Source: an uncultured Eubacteriales bacterium
GTDB lineage: Bacteria > Bacillota > Clostridia > Oscillospirales > Acutalibacteraceae
DNA: 28,769 bases
Assembly (NCBI GenBank): GCA_964475315.1
Contig: CAYYWE010000001.1
Span: 3,210 to 31,978 of the forward strand
Reading direction: 5' to 3'
Shown: in pieces, positions 1 to 9,870 of the stretch
Numbering within the stretch: the stretch's first letter is position 1
How the letters are laid out: every line of letters starts with the position of its first letter
Translations under genes and position numbers: made by a program
The notes under the pieces: generated by a model
The model's input: only the letters and a program-made list of their open reading frames with translations
Database searches by the model: none
Told to the model about the DNA's origin: nothing

Positions 1-966
1 AAAATTATTTATATAAAATACACATATTGATAATATAATACTAAAAATTAGTATTGAAAATTTACGAATTTTTTCGCCCCAAATTTTTTTAATCCCTTCA
101 GATGCAAGCAATAAAAATAGCGAGGTTTTTAAGAATATTCCTGCCATCCAGATGCCCAAATATAATGAATCCAAATGTCTAAAAGCCCCAAATTTTCCTA
201 TACTTGTCGCTGTATATACTGGAAATAATTGTGTATTTACAAATTCACCCATTGTTCCTGTGATTAAAATTATCATAATTATAAAACTTAGATAAACTCC
301 TATGTCCCATAATATAATTCCGTTGAACTTTTTTTTTACATTTCCCGTGGCCATTGGTAACAAAACTCCAATTGCTACCAAACAAGAACTTTGTGAAACC
401 ATGTACAAAATTCCTTCTGCCACGGATTCGTAATTTTCATACATTAGTGGTTTAAAATTAATTTTTTCTACACTTGTTATTAACGAGCTAAACATAAATA
501 TTAGTGAAATTACCGTAGCTATTAATATAAAACTAGAAGTTCTTGACAGTGCTTCTAGACCTTTGTAGGCTCCATAACACGCAGAAAATAACATAAATAT
601 ACATAATGACTTTATTGACAACGGAGGGTTTATACAATTTGCTACGAAATTATCAAATATACTTAAAGTATGAAGTGTAATAATTAAAAAATATAAAATA
701 TATATTAGTATAAAAAAATATCCATATTTTCCCATTAAATCTCGTAAATTGTCAAAAATATTCATTTTTGGATCAAGTGTATATAATTTGTATATTGGTA
801 AGATTAATAAAAATGTAATGCTTAAAGATAAAATCGCTGATACCAAGTGATCCCAAATATCTGAATCTCCTATTAATAGAGTCCCGTATGTCATTGTAAC
901 GACCATTCGGCTCACAAATAACATTGAAAATATTTGTCCAACAGAAATACAGGGTCGTTTTTCCAT
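1..966 (-). CDS. gerKB: Spore germination receptor B subunit (GerAB/GerKB family, APC-fold membrane protein); 3' end runs off the window
   Basis: Missing from the ORF track because no stop lies in the window. Manual translation from ATG at 966 (AGGAG upstream) stays open to base 1: MEKRPCISVGQIFSMLFVSRMVVTMTYG...YKGLEALSRTS...QLFPVY...FRHLDSLYLGIWMAGIFLKTSLF. It is highly hydrophobic, has GerAB-type FP.Y and R.D...IW motifs, and lies directly downstream of gerKA. Confidence 0.85.
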   Translation of the reverse strand, partial: MEKRPCISVGQIFSMLFVSRMVVTMTYGTLLIGDSDIWDHLVSAILSLSITFLLILPIYKLYTLDPKMNIFDNLRDLMGKYGYFFILIYILYFLIITLHTLSIFDNFVANCINPPLSIKSLCIFMLFSACYGAYKGLEALSRTSSFILIATVISLIFMFSSLITSVEKINFKPLMYENYESVAEGILYMVSQSSCLVAIGVLLPMATGNVKKKFNGIILWDIGVYLSFIIMIILITGTMGEFVNTQLFPVYTATSIGKFGAFRHLDSLYLGIWMAGIFLKTSLFLLLASEGIKKIWGEKIRKFSILIFSIILSICVFYINNF

Positions 967-1007
967 AATTATTTTTTCTCCTAGCTATATATTTTTTAAA
1001 ATATTTA

Positions 1008-2561
1008 TTATTTTTTATTAATATTTCTGTCTTTTACTTCTGATCCTGGCAAATCTTGAACATGTATATTTTTTTTAGACAAAAAGCTCCAGCCACTGCG
1101 TACTAAAACATCCCGCATGGCAAAAATATTAAACGGTGATAACGGCGAAGTAAACGGCACTCCATAACTATTTTTTGCACAAATATTTACTAATACTAGC
1201 GTAAAAACTATCATAATTCCCCAAATTCCTAATAATCCTCCGGTTACTATAAATACAAATTTTAATATTGAAATCGGTTCGTACAAATTTGGAATTACGT
1301 ACGAAGAAATTGCCGTAAGCGCGACTACCATCAATGTTGGCGCGCCGATAAGCCCCGAGCTTACCGCTGTTTCACCTATTACCAGTGCCCCTACTATACT
1401 GACTGCGTGTCCTAATGGTCTAGGGATTCTAAGTCCAGCTTCACGCATTATTTCATATATCAGATGTATCAAAATCGTTTCAAACATTAGTGAAAATGGT
1501 GTTGTTCCAACCGCTAGTGCGATTTTTGTCAATATTGGTCCAGGCAAAATTTCCGGGTTAAATGTGCTTATTCCCACATATAATCCTGGTAACAAAGTTG
1601 ATAACATAAACGCAAGGTATTTTAACCATCTTGTGAAAGTTGCAAAATAAGTATGCATAGAATAGTCATCTAGGTGCTGAAAATATTCTATAAACAAGTA
1701 CGGAACTATCAGAACATTAGGTGTTCCGTCTATGATTAAAGCAATTCGACCCTCAGAAATTTTGCCGCAAACAGTATCAGGTCTCTCAGTCATCCCGACG
1801 CTACTAAACAAAGAAAAATCACCTTGGTCTTCCAAATACGGTATAATATATCCAGATTCCATTACAGATTCCAGGTTAATTTGCGCAAGTTTATATTTTA
1901 ATTTATTTAAAATATCTTGTGAAACCTTGTTTTTTAAATAACACAAACATATTGAAGTTTTACTCGTACTTCCAATTTGTGTTAATTCAAATCTCAAATC
2001 GGTGGTTTTAAGACGTCTTCTTATTAAAGTCATATTAATCATTAGTGGCTCAACAAAGCCCTCTCTTGAGCCACGTTGCATAATTTCTGTTGAAGGCTCA
2101 GTTATAGATCGAAAATTAAACCCTTGTACGCCAAGAGCTAACATGCTATCGCAACCATCCATAGCTAGTAGGGCGAACCCGGACATTATCATATTAAAAG
2201 CATCATCAAAATTTGAAATTTGTAATTGGTCCGGCGAAATTATAATATTATCACGTATATAATCATATTTTTCCTGATTCGTACTTCCCTGAATTTTGCT
2301 TTGCTCCTGAATAATTGGCTTCATAACACTGAGTGTCAGAGTATCTTTATTAACCATTCCTCCTATTGTAATCAAAGCGCTCTGGACATCTTTAATATTT
2401 AAATACTTAATAGACAAATCGGCTGTTTCTCCGAACTCTCTCTTAAAAAATTCTACGTTTTCGCACAAAGATCTTGAGAAAAACTTTTTGTCTTTTACAA
2501 TATTTTTTTTACTGTTTTTATTATAAATATACACATCCAAAAAGTGTTTCATATAACCCAT
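1008..2561 (-). CDS. gerKA: Spore germination receptor A subunit (GerA/GerKA family)
   Basis: GerA motifs RSITEPSTE..RGSREGFVE, EGRIALIIDGTP and EIMREAGLRIPRPLGHAVSIVGALVIGETAV. The ORF track starts at 2627; ATG 2561, with AGGAGG at 2580-2575, is the more likely start. Confidence 0.92.
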   Translation of the reverse strand: MGYMKHFLDVYIYNKNSKKNIVKDKKFFSRSLCENVEFFKREFGETADLSIKYLNIKDVQSALITIGGMVNKDTLTLSVMKPIIQEQSKIQGSTNQEKYDYIRDNIIISPDQLQISNFDDAFNMIMSGFALLAMDGCDSMLALGVQGFNFRSITEPSTEIMQRGSREGFVEPLMINMTLIRRRLKTTDLRFELTQIGSTSKTSICLCYLKNKVSQDILNKLKYKLAQINLESVMESGYIIPYLEDQGDFSLFSSVGMTERPDTVCGKISEGRIALIIDGTPNVLIVPYLFIEYFQHLDDYSMHTYFATFTRWLKYLAFMLSTLLPGLYVGISTFNPEILPGPILTKIALAVGTTPFSLMFETILIHLIYEIMREAGLRIPRPLGHAVSIVGALVIGETAVSSGLIGAPTLMVVALTAISSYVIPNLYEPISILKFVFIVTGGLLGIWGIMIVFTLVLVNICAKNSYGVPFTSPLSPFNIFAMRDVLVRSGWSFLSKKNIHVQDLPGSEVKDRNINKK

Positions 2562-2674
2562 AAATAGTCTAAAGCCTCCTGTTTGCTTTTTATTTTTATG
2601 TTTCACAGGAACTTTAAATTTATTCATGAAAATTAATTATTTCAAAACAAGTTTAACAATTTAGTTTACTCATT

Positions 2675-2860
2675 AGACTTCTTGTAAAATCAAGGATATA
2701 TTGTATAATAGAAGAGTAAAATATAAAAAACTACGGACCAAAAAATTCTGCAGGATAACAGGAGTAAAAATTAAAGCACGTGGCAATGCTGGAGTACTTG
2801 CGTGAGTATAGGACGCATGCGCATATAGCCGCAAGTTACGGAGTTCATGAGAACCAAACT
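2675..2860 (+). mobile_element. Left-end fragment of an IS5-family (ISL2 group) element with a degraded transposase N-terminus
   Basis: Starts with the terminal repeat AGACTTCTTGTAAAATCAAGG (identical to 3321-3301 on the minus strand). Broken frames read KNYG.., RITGVK.. and AMLEYLREYRTHAHIAASYGVHE, the HTH_Tnp_4-type segment. Cut off at 2860 by the next element. Confidence 0.82.
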
Positions 2861-3321
2861 AGACCTCTCGTGAAATCAAGACAAAAGCTCATAATTACAA
2901 ACAGCGGAGATTAAATTGTATCTAAAAACAAAGCGTTTTCTACGATTTCGATATTTTTCAAAAAGAATTCTAAAACACTTAACAAATACAATAGCGTATT
3001 TATTTTGTATTCTTTTACTTGAAATTTTGCTGTTATTGGCTTTATCTGATTTTGTAAGAGGATGTTTTTTTAGTTTTTGAATTTTTGTGAAATTTGTTAA
3101 TTCCTTTTTTCTTTCCGGAACAACAAAATTTCTAAAATAGTTCATCTTCCATTGATAGTTTAATTTTTTGACATGTTTTTTGCATACTTTTTGTTCAATA
3201 TTTCTTGTATGTTTTAATTTTTATTCCCGTTATCCTGTGGTTTTTTCAGATCCATAGTTTTTTATATTTTTATATGTCATTCCTCTATTATACCATACAT
3301 CCTTGATTTTACAAGAAGTCT
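2861..3321 (-). mobile_element. Internally deleted IS5-family (ISL2 group) element, 461 bp, with both terminal inverted repeats
   Basis: TIRs AGACCTCTCGTGAAATCAAG (2861-2880) and CCTTGATTTTACAAGAAGTCT (3301-3321). The N-terminal remnant from ATG 3280 (MTYKNIKNYGSEK / RITGIKIKTY / KLSMEDEL) is fused to the C-terminal remnant KKHPLTKSDKANNSKISSKR...FRILFEKYRNRRKRF..RYNLISAVCNYEL, typical of DDE_Tnp_4 ends. The catalytic core is missing. Confidence 0.88.
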
Positions 3322-3324
3322 GTA

Positions 3325-5283
<1,959 letters not shown>

Positions 5284-5295
5284 TTATATATTTTA

Positions 5296-5694
5296 TTAAT
5301 TACTAAAAATATCTTTATCCGTAATATTTTCTGTGTTTTCACTATTTTTTACAGGTCTACTATCTTGTATTATTAAATTTGTAAATTTTAATTTTACACA
5401 AAATGGCGAGAAAATATAAAATCCAGTAAATATTAACAAAACTATTAATAATCCTAAGAGACAGTAACCGCCACCTTTAAAAACACACAAAGCAAATATA
5501 ATTAAACACAAAGATTCTATAAATCCTAATACCTGGAATATTTCAGTTTTTAATATTATTTCACTTTTATTTCCACAACACGGACAATTTATATCATTTT
5601 TGTTCTTAAATACAAATATCTCACTGTACCACAATCTGGAATTACAATATGGACATCTAGGTAACTTAAAATCAAATTTGGCGATTTTAATCAC
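5296..5694 (-). CDS. Small membrane protein with CxxC-x19-CxxC zinc-ribbon-like motif (cxxc_20_cxxc / TIGR04104-like)
   Basis: CPYC...(19 aa)...CPCC followed by two hydrophobic segments. The start codon is uncertain because the GTG lies inside the GGAGGTGA Shine-Dalgarno sequence. Confidence 0.7.
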   Translation of the reverse strand: MIKIAKFDFKLPRCPYCNSRLWYSEIFVFKNKNDINCPCCGNKSEIILKTEIFQVLGFIESLCLIIFALCVFKGGGYCLLGLLIVLLIFTGFYIFSPFCVKLKFTNLIIQDSRPVKNSENTENITDKDIFSN

Positions 5695-5706
5695 CTCCAG
5701 AAATTA

Positions 5707-5976
5707 TTATTTCTTTATTTTTCTTAATTTTTTAAAAATAGTACCAGTATTCAAGCAACTTAAATATATATTTATACTATTTTTATTATTAATATTATTA
5801 AAATATAATATAAAAGACTTCGGTAAATTTTCAGTCATATTTTTTATAATACCATTTTTCTCACAACTTGACAAATATTTTCTATTACTTTTATAAACAG
5901 TAAGTCTGTCTAAATCAAAAATGCCAATTATATTTCGAACATTTATAATATTGTTTTCTCCTATGCTAATATACAT
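5707..5976 (-). CDS. remB: Extracellular matrix regulator RemB / YaaB (DUF370)
   Basis: MYISIG..IINVRNIIGIFDLD...PKSFIL...IYLSCLNTGTI.K pattern; positioned upstream of gyrB like B. subtilis yaaB. Confidence 0.85.
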   Translation of the reverse strand: MYISIGENNIINVRNIIGIFDLDRLTVYKSNRKYLSSCEKNGIIKNMTENLPKSFILYFNNINNKNSINIYLSCLNTGTIFKKLRKIKK

Positions 5977-6083
5977 AAAATATTATACCCCTTTTTTAAA
6001 TACTATACATAAAAATTACGTATTTTCAAACCCAAAAAATATATAAAAAAGACTAGTATGAAAATCATTAAAACATAATTATA

Positions 6084-6109
6084 TTAGCACAGAAATAAAT
6101 CTGTGCTAA
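6084..6109 (-). terminator. Hairpin downstream of the flippase gene, probable intrinsic terminator
   Basis: Perfect 10-bp stem TTAGCACAGA-aataaa-TCTGTGCTAA, 3 bp after the stop at 6113; the U-tract is weak. Confidence 0.6.
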
Positions 6110-6112
6110 GTT

Positions 6113-7894
6113 TTATTTTATTATATTGTACTTTGTTAATAATTTAGAAATTTTTTTTAATTTTGGTACGGTATTTAAGTCATTTGAAGTAATAGTGTTT
6201 GTTAAAATTAGACTTAAAATATAAATTATCATAGCTATTATTATGGATAATACAGTAGAAATTTTATACGGTAGTATATTGCTCAGTAATCCATGAGAAG
6301 CGTACGCACTTAAAGCACATAACGTGCTGGAAATTATAGGTTTGACAAAAATCTGATCAAAATTAATAGAAACATTTATTATTTTTTTAAGGCAAACAAT
6401 CGCTGTCACACATACAAATAAATAACAAGTTAGCGTCCCTATTCCTGCACCTTGGATGTTAATCTCTGGTATACCAACCAGAAAATAATTTAACAGTACT
6501 TTAATAATTACCCCGATGGTCAAAATTTTGAGTGGTATATCAGCACGACCTACAGCTTGTAAAATACTACATAATGGAGTGCCAAGAGCCACAAATATTA
6601 TACCGATTGCATAAATACTCATAATTTGTGCTGCAACTGAGATTTCGCCGATACTTTTATTTTTGCCTATAGTGTTATAAACTAGATCCATTATGGGATA
6701 AGACAATACGGACATTCCCAGACCGGCTGGAAAAGAGATAATACTGGTAATTTTTAGTACAGTTTCAATATTTTTTTGAATTTTTTCTTTAGTTTTGGTC
6801 ACCCATGCTGAAGTTACGTTTGGAAGAGCACTTATTGCTAAACCTTGAGTTATAGTCGGCAAAAACATAGTGATAGTGTTCATGTAGCCGAAACAGCCAG
6901 CTAAAAACACATGTGTACTCCCTGAACTCACCACGGTTTCTGGTATTAAATTACTGTAAGCTTTTAACAAAACTTCTGGAGCGTAGGTCATAATATCACT
7001 CAATCTTCTTTGAACCAAAGTTGCGTCTATGGCTGAAGCTATGTTCATAATTGCCGCGCCCATAGCAACCGGGATAGAAATTTTTAACAACTTTTTTAAT
7101 AATTCTTTTGCTGAACGAGCTGGAGGAGAGCTTTCCAGTTCTTCTTTTGTAATATGATCTCCAACAAATTTGTATTTTATCAACATATATAGATATCCAG
7201 ACAAAGCACCTAGAGTTATGCCCAAAACTGCACCTGCTGAAGCCCAAGATAACAAGCTTTCACGTGCTAGATTTTCTGTTTCATAATACGTCCCAAACAC
7301 AGTGTGATAATTATTATATTCTTTCATGCCGAAATACATAACCAGTCCTGCGAGACTTACCCCAAATACGACTTTTCCGATAGACTCCACTATTTCTGAA
7401 ACAGCCGTTGGAATCATGTTTCTGAGACCTTCATAATAGCCTTTATATATAGAAATCAAACACGAAAAAAACACAGTCGGTGCAAGCGCCATAAGTGAGT
7501 ACAGAGAGCCCGGTGAATTGATAAATTTTACATACGGAAAAGCCAACACGAACATTAATATTGACCCAATAAGTCCTGTAATCACGAACAACGGTACAGA
7601 AACTTTGTGTATAAACCTTACGTCTTTGTACCTTTTTTCTGTCAAGTCACTTGAAACCATTCTTGAAACAGCTATGGGCAGCCCAGCCGTGGCGAGAGCA
7701 TAAACAGGCGTGTAAATAGTGTAAGCCGTACTAAAATAACCCATCCCAACACCCCCTAAAATATATGACAATGGTATCTTAAAAGCCGCCCCTGCAATTT
7801 TCACGATTATCATACCAACAGCCATAATTAGTGCCCCGACAGCAAAAGATTGTCCGGTATTTTTTTGAGTTTTAATATCCTGTGGTGCACTCAT
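6113..7894 (-). CDS. MOP-superfamily polysaccharide / lipid II flippase (SpoVB/MurJ/YabM-like)
   Basis: N-terminal GALIM..GMIIVKIAGAAFKIPL..ILG..GMGYF..AY..Y..VYALATAGLPIAVSRMVS signature; many TM segments; SILQAVGR..IP motif. Confidence 0.88.
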   Translation of the reverse strand: MSAPQDIKTQKNTGQSFAVGALIMAVGMIIVKIAGAAFKIPLSYILGGVGMGYFSTAYTIYTPVYALATAGLPIAVSRMVSSDLTEKRYKDVRFIHKVSVPLFVITGLIGSILMFVLAFPYVKFINSPGSLYSLMALAPTVFFSCLISIYKGYYEGLRNMIPTAVSEIVESIGKVVFGVSLAGLVMYFGMKEYNNYHTVFGTYYETENLARESLLSWASAGAVLGITLGALSGYLYMLIKYKFVGDHITKEELESSPPARSAKELLKKLLKISIPVAMGAAIMNIASAIDATLVQRRLSDIMTYAPEVLLKAYSNLIPETVVSSGSTHVFLAGCFGYMNTITMFLPTITQGLAISALPNVTSAWVTKTKEKIQKNIETVLKITSIISFPAGLGMSVLSYPIMDLVYNTIGKNKSIGEISVAAQIMSIYAIGIIFVALGTPLCSILQAVGRADIPLKILTIGVIIKVLLNYFLVGIPEINIQGAGIGTLTCYLFVCVTAIVCLKKIINVSINFDQIFVKPIISSTLCALSAYASHGLLSNILPYKISTVLSIIIAMIIYILSLILTNTITSNDLNTVPKLKKISKLLTKYNIIK

Positions 7895-7992
7895 AGATTT
7901 TTATACTCCTAAATTTTTTAATCTAATTTATTTTATTATATCACAAATATATTATTTTTTTCCGAATATTATGTGGTCATAATTTTTTCAAT

Positions 7993-8232
7993 AGACCTCT
8001 TGCAAAATCAAAAAAAGAGAACAAAAAACATCCCCTTACAGAATAAGACAAAGCTAATAACCATAAAATTTCCAGTGAAAAAGTCCAAAACAAACACACC
8101 ATTGCATTTACTAAACATTTTAGAATTCTTTCTGAAAAACGTTGACATCGCAAAAAACGCTTTGCTCTTAAGTTCAACTTAATCTCTGCCATTTTCAATT
8201 GTAAGCTTTTGTTTTGATTTTGTAGGAGGTCT
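7993..8232 (+). mobile_element. 240-bp MITE-like derivative of the same IS5/ISL2 element
   Basis: Inverted ends AGACCTCTTGCAAAATCAAAA (7993) and TTTTGATTTTGTAGGAGGTCT (ending 8232). The interior reads KKHPLTE*DKANNHKISSEKVQNKH...FRILSEKR*HRKKRFALKFNLISAIFNCKLLF*, the transposase C-terminus with two internal stops, homologous to 2861-3100. Confidence 0.88.
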
Positions 8233-8454
8233 GTTTAAAGCATCCCCAGTAGTTAAGAAAAAAGTAATGATAATTAATTTTTAAAATTTATAATCTCAAA
8301 AAGTTTTCCGGGATTAGTTTTTTTAGCAAATAAAATGTGTTTATTATATATATTTATAATTTTATTAATTTTGCATAATTTTTTTATTTCAAACAAAAAA
8401 ACACCAGCTAGATACAAAATGAGCACCTAACTGAAAAAAATATGATTTTTAATT

Positions 8455-9654
8455 TTATCTAGAGAGATAAAGAGCTATAGCTGTACGGTTTGGAAGCTTA
8501 AGAATAGTACCAGCAGTAAGTTTGTCTGTGACTTCAAGACCGTTGAAAGTTGAAATAGCAGTAGCATATTTGTTTTCTTTGTAGTAGGACATTGCTATAG
8601 AAGAAATTGTATCTCCATACTGAACTATATAATCTTCGTATTCCATGTCTAAACCTTTGGAGAGAGTTATATTAGCTGTATCATCGTCGCCGGATTGGTT
8701 ATCTATGTTTTCTATTGAGACATTTTTGTCACTGGTGTCTTCGCTGTTTGCGTTATATGAAGTATCTCCGATAGTTACGAGCGCACTAGAACTGGCGGAT
8801 TTAGTGTTTTCTGTAAGTTTAGAATAAGCAAGATAAAATACTCCCAAAATTAAAGCGCTACTAACTGCTGTTTTAGACAATTTTTGGATAATCGGTTTTC
8901 TGAGTTCATAGTGATATTTTATATAAGATTTCCAGGAACTAGTTTGAGAGAGTTTTTCAGCTTTTTTTAATTCTACTATTAGCTCAGGTATAGATTCAAA
9001 CACCAGATTTTTGCATTTATCTAAAATTATATGAAGAGGTTTATTAAACCCCATAGAACATTCCGGTTCAAGAATAGTATAAATAATATCATGAATATTT
9101 TTAAAAATTAATTTTTTACTAGTTTTAGAGTCAGAATATTTACTTAAATTTTTTAAATTTCCCTGAAATAACACGTCTTTATCTTTGTTTAGTACAATAT
9201 TTTCGAGCTCTGTAAGACAACCTATAATTTGGTTTGGAAGGGAGTTCATATTGTAAATTCTAATTAAAATATATTCAAGTATAGAGCATCTTTCGTTAAA
9301 ATGACTGTCATTAAAATTTTTATCAAAAAAAGTTTTTATATTTTCATACTGATAGTATTTAAAAACAGCATAATAATTATTATTTTCTATAAAAAAATTT
9401 TTATATTCATGAGGTTTATTACTAGATTCGTAAGCTGAAAACAAAAGCTCTAAAATACTTGTATTATTTTTATCGTATTGGAATTGATTTAAAATATATA
9501 AATTGTCAAGTGTATTTTCGTTTTGATAAGCTACGAGTGTACTATAATTACTAATATTATTATTAATATTAGTATTTTTTTGGCTGTTATTATTAATATT
9601 ATTATATAAATTAGCTATTATAGTATAATTCGAATTTTTGTTTAAATTAGACAT
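8455..9654 (-). CDS. Single-pass membrane protein with C-terminal LysM domain and N-terminal putative degenerate protein-kinase-like domain
   Basis: LysM: YIVQYGDTISSIA..YY......I..FNGL....L.AG..LKLP. TM: AVSSALILGVFYLAY. The N-terminal pattern YAVFKYY / ERCSILEYIL / LENIVLNKD.DV resembles the kinase hinge, alphaE and catalytic-loop region (inference). ATG 9654 is preferred over GTG 9666, which overlaps the RBS-like AAGGCGTG. Confidence 0.8.
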   Translation of the reverse strand: MSNLNKNSNYTIIANLYNNINNNSQKNTNINNNISNYSTLVAYQNENTLDNLYILNQFQYDKNNTSILELLFSAYESSNKPHEYKNFFIENNNYYAVFKYYQYENIKTFFDKNFNDSHFNERCSILEYILIRIYNMNSLPNQIIGCLTELENIVLNKDKDVLFQGNLKNLSKYSDSKTSKKLIFKNIHDIIYTILEPECSMGFNKPLHIILDKCKNLVFESIPELIVELKKAEKLSQTSSWKSYIKYHYELRKPIIQKLSKTAVSSALILGVFYLAYSKLTENTKSASSSALVTIGDTSYNANSEDTSDKNVSIENIDNQSGDDDTANITLSKGLDMEYEDYIVQYGDTISSIAMSYYKENKYATAISTFNGLEVTDKLTAGTILKLPNRTAIALYLSR

Positions 9655-9740
9655 ATATTTTTTCACGCCTTTTTTATGAAATTTGTAAAAATTTATATAA
9701 TTTTATAAAAAACTGAACAAATAAAACATATTTATTGCAC

Positions 9741-9769
9741 TTGACTAGATATTTATATGATAATATACT
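9741..9769 (+). promoter_or_regulatory. Putative sigma-A promoter of the HAMP/MORN operon
   Basis: TTGACT (9741-9746) - 17 bp - TATACT (9764-9769). Confidence 0.5.
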
Positions 9770-9785
9770 AGAATAATTAAGTCAA
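9757..9785 (-). promoter_or_regulatory. Putative sigma-A promoter of the LysM gene, overlapping the opposite promoter
   Basis: Minus strand TTGACT (9785-9780) - 17 bp - TATCAT (9762-9757). Confidence 0.45.
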
Positions 9786-9870
9786 TAAAAACTCAAAAAA
9801 ATATAATTACTAATATTTTTTGTAAAATTTGTGTAATTTTGTTTTTTAAAAAATATTTATGTGAGGGGAT

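Noticed and set aside
2592-2626. Forespore sigma-G-like promoter for gerKA (GAATA...CATAAAA on the minus strand)
   Set aside because: The 20-bp spacer is longer than the usual 17-18 bp, and such matches are cheap in AT-rich DNA.
2760-2860. GC-richer intergenic stretch that looked like a riboswitch or ncRNA
   Set aside because: It translates to the transposase HTH motif LEYLREYRTHAHIAASYGVHE and lies inside an IS end.
2876-3145. 89-aa ORF as a stand-alone gene
   Set aside because: It is the fused C-terminal remnant of the IS transposase and lacks the DDE core.
5977-6083. Possible oriC near remB-gyrB
   Set aside because: No TTATCCACA DnaA boxes seen in the intergenic regions, and dnaA/dnaN are absent from the window.
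7973-8198. Two overlapping small ORFs (69 aa +, 73 aa -)
   Set aside because: Both lie over the 240-bp IS relic; the ancestral transposase frame is a third frame containing stops.
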